Positions 10,834-22,058 of a stretch of 64,000 nt of DNA are shown here, in pieces. The notes under the pieces were generated by a model. That model did not search any database and was not told where the DNA came from. It saw nothing but the letters and a program-made list of their open reading frames with translations. Both the position numbers and the translations under genes were made by a program. The stretch's first letter is position 1, and every line of letters starts with the position of its first letter. The DNA comes from an uncultured Methanoregulaceae archaeon (GTDB taxonomy: Archaea > Halobacteriota > Methanomicrobia > Methanomicrobiales > Methanospirillaceae), in NCBI GenBank assembly GCA_963737635.1, contig CAVTTL010000001.1:896001-960000 (forward strand), written 5' to 3'.

Positions 10834-12300
10834 ATGGATGACCTGCCCAGAATCCCCAAGTGCATGAGCACCCAGCACCCCGATAATGTCCATGTCCCTT
10901 TTTTTGCTGAATCCTCTGAGTTCGGCGGCGAGGACGAGGTCAGGGAGGCGTATTACGTCTACTCTCACCTCCGCTGCCGGGAGCAGATGTGGGACTGCGA
11001 AGGAAAAGAAGTGGACAACTTCGTAGTAAAGAAACTCCTGACTGCCTATTCCTCCTTCTTCTCGGAGAACAAGCTGGGGCGGGATATATTCCTCACTCTC
11101 CGCGTCCCCAACCCCCAGATCGAGAAAGCCGAAGCCAAGATCCTGCTCGAAACCCTGGAAAGCATCCCCCGGTCCTTTGACAGCGCAAAACACTTCTACG
11201 GGGAAAATATTGCCCCGATCTTCGAAGTGATCCTCCCGATGACCGATTCGCACACGGCAATCGACAACATCTACCAGTATTACGCAGACTTCGTGATCGG
11301 TAAGCAGTACAAGCGGCTCGGCGGCAGGGACACCACCATTGCCGACTGGATTGGGACATTTGCTCCCCAGCACATCAACGTGATCCCGCTCTTTGAAGAC
11401 CGGGCAAGTATGCTTGCTGCCCACACGATCGTAAAACGGTACCTGCTCGATAAGCACCTTCCGTACCAGCGGGTCTTTCTTGCCCGCTCGGACCCGGCTA
11501 TGAACTATGGTCTTGTCAGTGCTGTCCTGCTCAACAAGATCGCCCTCGTTAATCTCCATGCCTTGCAGGAGCGGGCCGGCATCTCGCTTTATCCGATCAT
11601 CGGGGTGGGTTCCGCCCCGTTCCGGGGGAACCTGCGGCCGGATACCGTAGACCGGGTGAGCGCCGAGTACCCCTCAATCCATACGTTCACCATCCAGTCT
11701 GCGTTCAAGTACGACTACCCGCTCGATGCTGTTCAGGCCGCAGTACGCCAGCTCGAGAACCGTGAGGTGGGCTCGCCCTTAGCCGTCGACGAAAAACGCT
11801 GCCAGGAGATCATGGCGAAATATACGCAGACTTACATTAGTGAACTTCACCCGCTTTCAGACATTGTCAACCGGATTGCTGCCTACATCCCAAGCCGGCG
11901 CAAACGCAGGCTCCATATCGGCCTGTTCGGCTATACCCGGAGCACCGGTGGCATTACACTGCCCCGGGCTATCACATTTACCGCTGCCATGTACTCGATC
12001 GGTGTTCCTCCGGAACTGCTTGGCCTGTCCGCGCTGGACCGAGACGACCTTGCCTTCGTGCGGCGGGTGTACGTAAACTTCGACCGGGATCTTCAGGACG
12101 CGATCCGGTATATGAACCCCGGGTCGCCGTACCTCTCGCCCGCCATGAAAGAGGCGGCAGAACGAATCTGCGGCAGCGTGGTCCATGACGGGCATCGTGA
12201 GATTACCGATGCCATACTGCTTGCACTCCGCGAGAACCGGACAAATGACCTCCAGTCCCGGATCCTACAGGCCGCAAATATACGGAAATTTCTGGGATAA
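10834..12300 (+). CDS. ppcA: Archaeal-type phosphoenolpyruvate carboxylase
   Basis: MSTQHPDN, MWDCEGK, RVFLARSDPAMNYG, GSAPFRG, HIGLFGY, LPRAITF. Confidence 0.95.
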   Translation: MDDLPRIPKCMSTQHPDNVHVPFFAESSEFGGEDEVREAYYVYSHLRCREQMWDCEGKEVDNFVVKKLLTAYSSFFSENKLGRDIFLTLRVPNPQIEKAEAKILLETLESIPRSFDSAKHFYGENIAPIFEVILPMTDSHTAIDNIYQYYADFVIGKQYKRLGGRDTTIADWIGTFAPQHINVIPLFEDRASMLAAHTIVKRYLLDKHLPYQRVFLARSDPAMNYGLVSAVLLNKIALVNLHALQERAGISLYPIIGVGSAPFRGNLRPDTVDRVSAEYPSIHTFTIQSAFKYDYPLDAVQAAVRQLENREVGSPLAVDEKRCQEIMAKYTQTYISELHPLSDIVNRIAAYIPSRRKRRLHIGLFGYTRSTGGITLPRAITFTAAMYSIGVPPELLGLSALDRDDLAFVRRVYVNFDRDLQDAIRYMNPGSPYLSPAMKEAAERICGSVVHDGHREITDAILLALRENRTNDLQSRILQAANIRKFLG

Positions 12301-12308
12301 TTATCCAA

Positions 12309-13708
12309 TCACAAAAAGGTATAGGTCTCAGGTGCGAGGGTCTGGAGATCGACCATCACGGCCTGCGCCGGGGTCGGGTTTACGTTCATCTGTTTCTGGA
12401 ATGCGGTCTGGGATTGCCATGTGCCGGCATTGATCCCGAGTACCCCCCGGTACTGGGTAAGCCCCCGGATATGGACATGGCCCGTGTGGAGTATTTCCGG
12501 CAATGGGTCGATGATGAGACGGTCTGATTTTCCTGCAGCGATTGGGGTGCGCCTGCCGTACGCCGGAGCGAGGTGCCGTCGCTGGAGCATCTCCTCCATC
12601 ATCTTCCCGCTCTGTTCATAGGACGCCCCCGGGATAAGCCCGATCATGTCATCGATCGACCGGCCGTGGTACATCAGTACCCGCACGCCCTGCAAATTCA
12701 CCAGCGCCGGGTTCTCGACGAGCATGCAATTCCCGGGGAATTTTCTGGTGAACTGCTCCGGGATCACCGGCTGGGGCTCTGCACCCCGGACCACATCGTG
12801 GTTACCCGGCGCGACGATGATCTTGATCCGGTGCGGTATTGCGCTGATCATCTCGCCAAACGCGTCGTACTGTTCGTATATGTTTTTAATCGTCAGTTCC
12901 TGCTCCTGCCCCGGGAAGACTCCGATCCCATCCACGAGATCGCCTGCGATGAGGAGATACGAGGCATCGGACTCCCCGATCCAGTCGATAAACCGGTTCC
13001 AGCAGTCCGTAAGGAACGTATTGCTCCCCACGTGGACATCAGAGATAAAAACCGCCTTCCCCGGCTGTTCGCTTAAAAATGGTTTATTATCGATCCTGAT
13101 ATCGGGCCGGAACATCTGTTCAGCGAAAAAAAGACGGCCGTCGTTTGAGAGTTTGCCCTTGACCCCTATCACTTCGTCTGGGATCAGACGCTCTGCATCG
13201 GCAAAGACCGGCCTGTCCTTCCGGAACAGCACCGAAAGGTTTGCCTGGGTGTCCTCAATCTCGGCGATCCGGTGACCGTTTGTGGTGGTCTTGACATCAG
13301 ACACCATGCCGATCACCGTGCACTCTTCCTGCCGGTACCGGGACGAACGGATGAGCCCTTCGATCGGCATCGTCCCCACGCACCGGCTCCGGATCATACC
13401 GCCGAGCCGGCTGTACCTGTCGCGGAAATAGTGGAGATAGTCTGCGGTACCGTTGATGCTTCCGGATGTACCCGGCTCCCGGAAACGATCTCGACAGAAG
13501 GGTCGGATAAAAAGCGCATACCGTCACGGGTTGCGTTCATGCCCGGGATATGTTTTGCCGAGACGACCACGGTATCTTCCGGGACACCGGCGATGATGCG
13601 GTCGATCAGCTCCGGGTTGTCCTGCTCCTGAATGTATCGCACCACATCGGGATGCACCTGGAGCCGGGTATCGAGGAACCGGAGCGTGATCTGCTGCGCA
13701 TCGAGCAT
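12309..13708 (-). CDS. polB: DNA polymerase D small (exonuclease) subunit DP1; apparent frameshift near 13472
   Basis: N-terminal QVHPD, YFRDRYSRL, OB fold, and calcineurin-like motifs SDVHVGS, GDLVDG, PGNHD, YHGRS, RHLAP, GHVH, GTWQSQT. Confidence 0.92.
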
Positions 13709-13842
13709 AAGATAGTATAAAGCTGTACCGGGAAAAAAGATGATGCTATTCTGCATTCGCCCGGTCAGGAGAGAACTCTTGATATCGTCATCCGCCAAAT
13801 CCTGTTCACCTTACGGGCGCTCCCGGAAGAACTCCCGATACC

Positions 13843-14469
13843 ATGCTTGATACGCTCCAGATGTTTGTGCTGGCATTTATCGTCGGCCTGACCGGCGCAC
13901 TTGCACCGGGCCCTACGCTCGTAGCCACCATCAACGCATCGATGGCCGGCGGCTGGACAATAGGCCCGCGGGTTACCTTCGGGCATATGCTTTCTGAACT
14001 TATCGTCGTTATCCTGATTGTGGCCGGCCTCGGTACTGTCGCCCTGCAGTACACAACAGCAGTAGCGGTTATAGGTGGCGTGGCACTGATTCTGTTTGGT
14101 CTCTTCACGGTTGCCGGAAGCCGGCAGGTTTCTTTAGCGGGCAGCGAAGGCCGGGAGTCGGTCATCATAAAAAACCCGTACTTTGCTGGCTTTATGACTA
14201 GCGTCGCAAATCCGTATTTCTGGATCTGGTGGCTGACGGTCGGGGGCGCGATGGTGATCGCCGGGCTTGCCGGTGGGCTTTTTCTTGCCTGCGTCTTCAT
14301 GGCCGGGCACTGGTGTGCCGATCTCGGGTGGTACACGGTAATCTCAACCGGCATATCAAAGGGAAAGACCCTCCTCTCCGACACCACATACCGGCGTATA
14401 ATGCTTTCATGCGGACTCTTTCTTGTGATCTTTGGGAGTTATTACCTCCTGCGTATCGTTTATCCCTAA
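13843..14469 (+). CDS. LysE family translocator
   Basis: GALAPGP, GH..SE, NPYFWIWW; about 6 TM segments. Confidence 0.85.
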   Translation: MLDTLQMFVLAFIVGLTGALAPGPTLVATINASMAGGWTIGPRVTFGHMLSELIVVILIVAGLGTVALQYTTAVAVIGGVALILFGLFTVAGSRQVSLAGSEGRESVIIKNPYFAGFMTSVANPYFWIWWLTVGGAMVIAGLAGGLFLACVFMAGHWCADLGWYTVISTGISKGKTLLSDTTYRRIMLSCGLFLVIFGSYYLLRIVYP

Positions 14470-14535
14470 AGAGGGATGCGGACCGGAAAAGGGTGCGCTA
14501 TATTAACAAAAAACGCCAATAGAGACCGCTAAGGA

Positions 14536-15492
14536 ATGGCAGAAAAAGAAGAGTCTCGGGATATCCGCTCGATGATCAAGGCGTTCCGGACGAGTGAGCA
14601 CTGGGCAGCTTCCCTTGCCCGCGATCTTCTCTGGGTCGTCGCAGTGGTCGGGTGCATAGCACTTGCCCTTTACCTGATCTGCGGGACATGGCCGGCAGTT
14701 GTTACCGTAGAATCGGGAAGCATGGAACCCCATATGAACATCGGGGATCTGGTCGTGGTGGTGCAGCAGGACCGGTTCGGGCCTGTCCAGACTTGGGATG
14801 AGGCCAAGGCGACGGGATATAAGAAGTTCGGCGACTACGGCGACGTGATCATCTACAGACCTGACGGCCAGACAGATTTCTGGGCCTCAATCGGCCTGCT
14901 GCCGCTCTCCAGCCAGCATCCGATCATCCACCGGGCCATGACCTGGGTCAACGCCGGCCAACCCGAACCGTCCTATCTCAATCCCTATGGGGGGGAAGTA
15001 ACCCCGACTGAATATATTCCCCTTGCAACAAGCAACACCACTACGTTCGGGTACTACCTCCTTTACCCTGAAAATGCAACCCCCCCGGAAAATATCTCTG
15101 CAGACGCACGAGGTATAGGATTTTCCACAGTGGATACGAGATATTTCCTTCCCGATCAGTATGTAGTCAGCGATCAGGGGTACATCCGCTATTCTGACCC
15201 CACTATCCATGGTGGCTATATCACCAAGGGAGACAATAACCAGGTCAGCGATGAAGGCTATCTCACGATCAATAACAACCAGACCATCGAACCGGTGGAA
15301 AAAAACTGGGTCGTAGGAAAAGCCCTCTTCACGATTCCCCTTATTGGCCTGCTGCCGCTCCACATCTGGTGGGTCATCGTTGTTGTTATTGTGGCGATAG
15401 TTCTCTGGGACTGGTACGCGAAAAAGAAGGAAGAAGCCCCCGCCAGAAAGACCAGGAAATCAAAGCAAAAGAGCTCCCGATCAAAGAAATAA
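14536..15492 (+). CDS. Signal peptidase I (S26B/Sec11 type)
   Basis: TM followed by VESGSMEP, GDLV, GDVIIY, IIHRA, TKGDNN, VGKA; C-terminal TM and basic tail. Confidence 0.9.
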   Translation: MAEKEESRDIRSMIKAFRTSEHWAASLARDLLWVVAVVGCIALALYLICGTWPAVVTVESGSMEPHMNIGDLVVVVQQDRFGPVQTWDEAKATGYKKFGDYGDVIIYRPDGQTDFWASIGLLPLSSQHPIIHRAMTWVNAGQPEPSYLNPYGGEVTPTEYIPLATSNTTTFGYYLLYPENATPPENISADARGIGFSTVDTRYFLPDQYVVSDQGYIRYSDPTIHGGYITKGDNNQVSDEGYLTINNNQTIEPVEKNWVVGKALFTIPLIGLLPLHIWWVIVVVIVAIVLWDWYAKKKEEAPARKTRKSKQKSSRSKK

Positions 15493-15519
15493 TCTGACCC
15501 TCCTGCCGACGTGACGAGC

Positions 15520-16609
15520 ATGGTTCCTGCACTTACTCCCCTCCTTCGCGATGTAGGGGCCGGTCACCGACTTACACCTGAAGAGGGTGAATTCCTCATG
15601 AAGACGACCGGCCGCGATGTCTTCCGGGTGACCGCCGCAGCCGACGAAATGCGCGAAAAAAAAGTCGGGGATGTCGTAACGTATGTCAGGAACCAGAACC
15701 TGCATGTGACCAACATCTGCAAGAACCTCTGCGGGTTCTGTGGTTTTGGGAAGAAAGCGACCGATCCCGAAGCCTATTGTCTCGATCGCGAGGAGATACA
15801 GGCCGGAGTCCAGCTTGCACAAAAACGCAAAGTTACCGAAGTCTGTTTCCTTTCCGGTGTTAACCCCGCGTTCGATCTCGAAAGCTATACAGGTCTTATC
15901 ACCGCGGTTCATGAGATCGCCTCGGAGATCCACGTCCACGCATTCAGTCCCGACGAGGTGGCTCATGCGGCCCGGAAAGGCCGTTGCACGACGACAGAGG
16001 TTCTCGCGGCACTCAAGAATGCTGGCCTTGGATCCCTTCAGGGAACCGCAGCAGAGATCCTCATCGAACCGGTCCGAAAGGTGATCTGCCCCAAGAAAGT
16101 TTCCGGCGCTGAATGGACGAGGATCATCAGGGAGGCACATGCGTTAGGGATACGGACCTCTGCCACGATCATGTACGGCTCGTATGAAACAGCCCGTGAC
16201 CAGGTGAATCACCTGGCGATCCTCCGGGAGATCCAAGATGAGACCCATGGGTTTACCGAGTTCATCCCCATGTCGTATATCCACGCCAACACCCCGCTTT
16301 ACACGTCCGGCATCGCAAGAGCCGGGGCGACCGGGAGAGAAGACCTGTTAATGATCGCCGTTTCCCGGCTCTTTCTCGACAATTTTGACAATGTCCAGGT
16401 CTCGTGGGGCAAGCTCGGGCTTAAGATGACCCAGCTTGCACTCCTGTGCGGTGGCAATGATCTCGCCGGCACGATGTTTACCGATGAGGTCTCTGTAGAT
16501 GCAGGGGCTGGCGATGCGAGCTACCTTGATCCTGCAGTCATGGAAAGGATGACAGCTGGATCTCGGCCGGACGCTCCGGCAGCGGACGACCCTCTATGAG
16601 CTGATGTGA
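15520..16609 (+). CDS. cofH: FO synthase subunit 2 (CofH), paralog 1; apparent frameshift near 16558
   Basis: VTYVRNQN, radical SAM CKNLCGFC, GTAAEIL, ATIMYG, GGNDLAGT. The shifted tail DLGRTLRQRTTLYELM matches the tail of paralog 2. Confidence 0.9.
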
Positions 16610-16654
16610 GTAACAGAGGACCGGAGTCAGGTGGAAGGCGATCAGACTCTATCT

Positions 16655-17995
16655 TCAACTATCTGAATGAATTCCCCGGTCATGCATTGTCTCGGTGTTT
16701 TTCAGACGGAAGATAAACTCAGTACCGTTATCCGCCCGGACATTGATATCCGCCCTGAGCTGGTGGCAGGCAAGAAAGTTCACCAGTTTGAGGCCGAGTG
16801 ATTTTGATTTCAGGGGATCGAATCCCTCCGGTAATCCGCGGCCGTTATCAGCCACGGTGAGGACGTCCGTCCCATCTTCGTGGGAAAGCGAGACCTGTAT
16901 CGTACAGGGTTCCCCCCGTACAGCCATACAGTCAAACCCCGGCGGGAATGCGTACTTGAACGAGTTGGTTACCAGTTCGTTGATGATCAGGCCGGCAGGG
17001 GTAGCCCGGTCGATGTCGAGAGCCACTTCATGGACATCAACGGTGGTCCGGATCTTCCAATTCTCTGAGTACGTGCCGGCGATCTGGGTGACCAGGTTAT
17101 TCAGGTATATCTCCATATTGACGTTTGAAAATTTTCCGGTCCGGTACAGGGTCTCATGGATCAGGGCCATGCTTCGGGCACGGTTCTGGAGGTCCTTCCG
17201 GAGAGCCGTGCCCTCTTCGGTCTTCTCATAGGAGCCATCAAGACTCAGAAGCGAAATGAACGCGGTTAGGTTATTCTTTACACGGTGATGTACCTCAGAG
17301 AGCAGGATCTCTTTCTCTTTGAGTGCCATGGTAAGCCGCGCTTCATTTTGCCGCAGTTTTTCCTGCGCGACGGTAATTGTTTCGTAGGCGGTTTTGAGTT
17401 CATCAAGATCGTGACTTTTGAGAGCCAGGCTCTCCTCAGCTCTTACGCGATCAGTGATATCGCTGATTGCCATGCGGATGACTGGTTCCGCATCCCCAAT
17501 CTTGATCCGGATGCTTTCCAGCCTTGCATTGATAACTAAACCGTCACTTTTCCTGAGTCTCAACGCGCAAATCCGCTTGTCTTCGGTGCGCAGAACGCTG
17601 GCAAAATACTGGTTCCAAAGATCACGGTCATCGTCTGCGACAAATTTCCTGAACCGGCTTTTGATCAGTTTCCGTCGGTCAACCTCAAGGATTGTTGCCC
17701 CGGTGAGATTTCCTTCAATAATCACCGCATTTTTCGTGAGAGTCAGGTACCCGACTGGGGCAAATTCATACAGGTCGGCGTACTTGTCGCGAGATTCTTC
17801 AAGAGCGCATTGCGCTTCACGGAGGGCCTCATTCTGCATTTCCAGCTCAATCTGGTGGACATGAAGCTCATGTACTATCTCTGCAGAAGTGCTATCGGTG
17901 ACCCCGGGGGAAACCGCCTGATGCTCTGCATAGCGCTTTTCCGCAGCCTGCCGTAGGTCTTGCTTGTTCTTGGTTTCCCCGGTTTTTGACCGCAC
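16655..17995 (-). CDS. PAS-domain sensor histidine kinase (HisKA_2 type)
   Basis: HELHVHQIELEMQNE, PAS domain, H-box EVHHRVKNNL, NELVTNSFKYAF, DNGRG, SLGL. The frame stays open upstream to an ATA at 18112. Confidence 0.9.
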   Translation of the reverse strand: MRSKTGETKNKQDLRQAAEKRYAEHQAVSPGVTDSTSAEIVHELHVHQIELEMQNEALREAQCALEESRDKYADLYEFAPVGYLTLTKNAVIIEGNLTGATILEVDRRKLIKSRFRKFVADDDRDLWNQYFASVLRTEDKRICALRLRKSDGLVINARLESIRIKIGDAEPVIRMAISDITDRVRAEESLALKSHDLDELKTAYETITVAQEKLRQNEARLTMALKEKEILLSEVHHRVKNNLTAFISLLSLDGSYEKTEEGTALRKDLQNRARSMALIHETLYRTGKFSNVNMEIYLNNLVTQIAGTYSENWKIRTTVDVHEVALDIDRATPAGLIINELVTNSFKYAFPPGFDCMAVRGEPCTIQVSLSHEDGTDVLTVADNGRGLPEGFDPLKSKSLGLKLVNFLACHQLRADINVRADNGTEFIFRLKNTETMHDRGIHSDS

Positions 17996-18308
17996 TACGT
18001 CCTTCGCGGGGTGCCGGCCGCCAGTGTTATTGATAAGGCTCCTGCTCCCAGAGTGGACGTCCCCGGATTTTTTTATGTGCGCAGGTTTGGATTGTTTACC
18101 CTTTTTCGTTATCTATCATCTCGTGTGAATATATTAACGAACGATTAAAACTCATGTTATGGTGTAGAATGCGGGGGTAACGGGATAAACATATTGATAA
18201 TGCGTAGCTAAACATGCAACCCGGATTATAAGTCGCCGGAATCTTTCATTACATAATGATCCTGAATTGTGATATTCAAGCTGAATGAACCTTTTCCGGG
18301 GCACCATA

Positions 18309-21306
18309 TCAGGCAACCCGGGCTTTTTTGACTCCTACCTTCGTCGATTTATGGGTCGTAATGTCTTCCATTGCGAGGAGAATGAGACGGGACTCGCCAC
18401 TGTCGCTGAGAATGCGGCGGCCATTCAGTAGCATTTTCCGTTTTCCAATACTAAGGAATTCATGGTCAACTTCTATGTTCTCAAAATTGGTTTTTTCGGG
18501 AAGGACAATTTCCAGCAGTTCACGGAGCTTTGGGATATTCCACTGCTGGTTGCCTCAGCTCGAAAAGAGTACGCCCGATCGTTTCTTCAGGCGCCATCCG
18601 GAACGTGGAGTAAAAGGACCGGCTCGCAGAGACGACCTTAAACTCAGGATCAAGTACGACGAGTGGTTCACGTATAGTATCGATGACGTTTTCTGCAAGC
18701 TCGCGGGCACGGCGGGTTTCTAACCCCATCGATTTTATTGCAGTGATATCGGTAAAGGTGATCACCACCCCTTCGATTACATTCTCTAAAGTACGGTAGG
18801 GGCTGAAGTGAGCGAGATACCACATGTTATCCGTGGTCTGTACCTCCTTTTCCCGGGGGACCATGGTATCCAGCACTTCCTGCGCATCGGTTACGATATC
18901 CCCGGAAATAAGAGTGGACTTGATGTCGGCGAGGGGACGCCCCACATCAGTGGCAACCAACCGGAAGACACGCACTGCCTCCCGGGTGAACCGTTTAACA
19001 GAAAGGTTCTCATCTAAAAATATCGTCCCTATGTTTGTGCTGTCAAGAAGGTTTTTCATATCGTTCTGAATGTCGGTGAGCTGTTCGATCTTTGCCTGCA
19101 GTTCCGCATTGACGGTTACAATCTCTTCATTGACGGACTGGAGTTCCTCCTTTGAGGTTTCGAGTTCCTCATTTGTGGATTGCAATTCTTCGTTTGTTGA
19201 CTGGAGTTCTTCGTTTGTCGATTTGAGTTCTTCGTTTGCAGCCTGCATTTCGATCAGGTTTGCCTGCATATTCTCCTTTGTATACAAAAGCTCCTGCTCA
19301 AGCTCATCCACTCTCTTCGACTGCCCTATCCTTGCCGACGTCCTGCGGTGTGGGGATTTTTCCTTATCTTCCGGTTCTGCGTCCCCGAAACTCACGATCA
19401 GAATCTCTTTTGCAGTACCAGGGTCAGTGAGTGGACGGACTGTAACGTCGACATGATGCATCCCGCCGTTTATCCTGACCGGCAATCCCGGGGCGATCGC
19501 TTGGGTCTTATTCTTTACCGCGGTATGGATGGCTTTGCGCAATCCCAATTGCAGCCCTTCGCGGGCCATGTCTGTGACATTCAGATTCGCCTGGCCAGGG
19601 GCTGGGCGGAGATAATTTCCGGTGTCTCCGTGCACATAGAGTATGTTGCCCTCATCATCGACGATCACAGAGGGGGGTGCATAGGTCTGGAGGAGGATTC
19701 CCCGTGTAAGTTCGACAAAGTTTGTTTCCTTTGGTTTCGTGGCCAGATCCTGCTTGCCATACCCGGTTTGACCGGGAGTTATGGGGAAGTTGAAATGTTC
19801 TTCTGTGCGGGCAGGAAGGATTAATTTTCGGGCATGGTAGAACTTCCACTTCCTGTTGATCGGGGCAAAGAGATCGATGAACCGCCCGATACTCTCTGAG
19901 GGGCTGATAAAGAGGATGCCGCCGGGGTTCAGGGCATAGTGGAACACCGGGATCAATCGGTTCTGAAGTTCCGGTTCAAAGTAGATCATGAGATTACGGC
20001 AGCTGAGCAGGTCAAGCCGGGTGAACGGGGGGTCCTTCGTCACGTCCTGCACAGCAAAGACGACTATCTCCCGGATCTCTTTTTTTATCTGGAAACCGGT
20101 CTCTTCCTTGGTAAAAAACCTCCTGAGCCGTTCCGGGGAGATATCGATCGAGATATTGGGAGGATACATTCCGCTCCGGGCAACCGCAATCGCGTCTTCG
20201 TTGATATCTGTGCTGTAGATCTGGACTTTAAACGGGTGCCGGGCAGTATCCAAACATTCCCGGAAGATCATGGCGATGGAGTATGCCTCTTCGCCGGTCG
20301 CACAACCGGCTACCCAGACCCTGAAAACATAGTTCTCAGGCTTGTTTTCTAAGAGCGGGGGGAGGATCTCGGTTTTCAGGATCTCGAAGGCTTCCGGGTC
20401 ACGGAAGAAACTGGTTACATTAATGAGGAGTTCCTTGAAGAGGAGGCGAACCTCGGATGGGTTCTCGGCGAGGTACCGGGCATACGCATCAGGGTCATCA
20501 ATGGTATGCATGCCCATGCGCCGTTCGATGCGGCGGCGGATCGTGGTCGGCTTGTACAAGGAAAAATCGTGACCGGTTTTTGTCCGGAGAACCATCAGAA
20601 TTTTGGTAAAAGGGTGTTTTCCTTCCGGGGTGGGAAGAGGAGAGGGAATCTTGAGAGTCAGGTAATTATGAACGTAATCTGCAATTTCCTTGTATATCTT
20701 CTCTACCGGCAGAACAAACGTGGCGAGACCGCTCTGGATCGCACTCGTGGGCATACTATCGTATTTCGCTGTCGCAGGATCTTGTACAAATGAGACCCCA
20801 CCGGCACCTTGCACCGCCCGAAGACCGAGGGTTCCATCAGTTCCGCTTCCTGAGAAGATTGCAGCTATAGCCTTCTCCCCGGCGTCTTCTGCGAGGGATC
20901 GCAGGAAAGTGTCGATCGGCATTCTCTGTCCCCGCAGCTGGCCAGGGACGCTGAGCTGGAGCGTTCCGTGGAAGATGGTCAAGTCCCGGTTCGGCGGGAT
21001 AACATAGACATGGTCAGGCTCAACAATCATCTGGTTTCCGGCCTCAACGACCGGGATACTCGTGACCCGTTGCAGGATCTCCACAAGCATGCTCGCATGG
21101 TCAGGGTCGAGGTGGGATACCAGGATAAACGCCATGCCGCTGTTAGGAGGGATCTCCTTAAAAAAGACCTCGAACGCTTCGAGTCCACCGGCCGATGCAC
21201 CGATTCCAATAGTGGGAAAACCGGTTTTCACATCAGGTTTCTTTACCACATCGGGGTGTTTCTTAGAGGTTCTGGCTTTTTTTGGTCCGGGGGTCTTCTT
21301 CGTCAT
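18309..21306 (-). CDS. CheB methylesterase/CheR methyltransferase fusion with coiled coil and PAS domains; apparent frameshift near 18555
   Basis: CheB GASAGG, HLDPDH, GSGTDG; CheR INVTSFFRD, CATGEEAYS, CRNLMIYF; (EELQSTN)n; PAS tail continues in another frame as QWNIPKLRELLE...LLAMEDIT to a stop at 18309. Confidence 0.9.
19124..19237 (-). repeat. Degenerate 21-bp tandem repeat encoding the heptad coiled coil NEELQST
   Basis: ANEELKSTNEELQSTNEELQSTNEELETSKEELQSVNEE within the CheB/CheR gene. Confidence 0.8.
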
Positions 21307-21639
21307 AGTTATCTTCTCATCATCGCATCGTTCAACTTGCAAAAAGTTCCCATTTTTATACGATTTGTACCTGCAGGAATCATTGGATTTGCCCTTTACG
21401 GTATTGCATATACCGGGATTTCCCCAGCATTTTACTTAGGTGATTTCATAATGGGCACTATGTTTTTTAGGGATGATAATATATACGTCCGTTATGAATT
21501 CCCCAATTGATGAAAAATCGGTCACCAACAACAGACTGACGGCAGCTGTTTAATTGATCGTTTTTGAGGGAGTAAATCCCTCAATTGGCTTCTAGTATTA
21601 ATAACTGAAAAAAAGTACAGCATCTTCGTACAGGTTCAA

Positions 21640-21939
21640 TCACAGCAGTTCCAGCGCTTCCTTGCCGGTCATCCCGTTTTTGATCCCGCGACTCATCGCC
21701 CCACGGTTTGCCTCTTTTATAATACCGGTGAGGATATCGTTGGTGTTCACGATCGAGGGACCATTTGCGGGGCGGACTTTCGCTGCCGGGTAGCTGAACG
21801 AATCCAGTGCCGCCACATCAAATGCACCACACCCAACCATTCCTACATCGGTGACGACAGTAACAAGGTTCGCCGGCCCCAGAGGGATGACATACCCATC
21901 GGCGACCTTGTGCGACAAACGAACGGTGACTTTTTCCAT
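21640..21939 (-). CDS. YunC/DUF1805 family protein
   Basis: GMVGCGAFDV, PAAKV and terminal GMTGKEAL; 99 aa. Confidence 0.85.
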   Translation of the reverse strand: MEKVTVRLSHKVADGYVIPLGPANLVTVVTDVGMVGCGAFDVAALDSFSYPAAKVRPANGPSIVNTNDILTGIIKEANRGAMSRGIKNGMTGKEALELL

Positions 21940-22058
21940 AACGCTCTGAAATTGACGTTAGTGTCGCGGCGTTATAAGTATACTGGGGAAGAAAGGCAAT
22001 ACGATAGATTTTACGTTACGTATGACACAGTGTGACACACAGGACGAAAGGTGACGGC

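Noticed and set aside
14930-15225. Signal peptidase insertion as an intein
   Set aside because: No N-terminal Cys/Ser block, no terminal His-Asn, and too short.
12309-15492. DP1 plus signal peptidase as a marker of a replication origin (as at haloarchaeal oriC1)
   Set aside because: No cdc6/orc1 gene and no ORB repeats in the adjacent spacers.
19124-19237. 21-bp repeats as a CRISPR array or VNTR
   Set aside because: No spacers; the repeats are degenerate at synonymous positions and encode a coiled coil.
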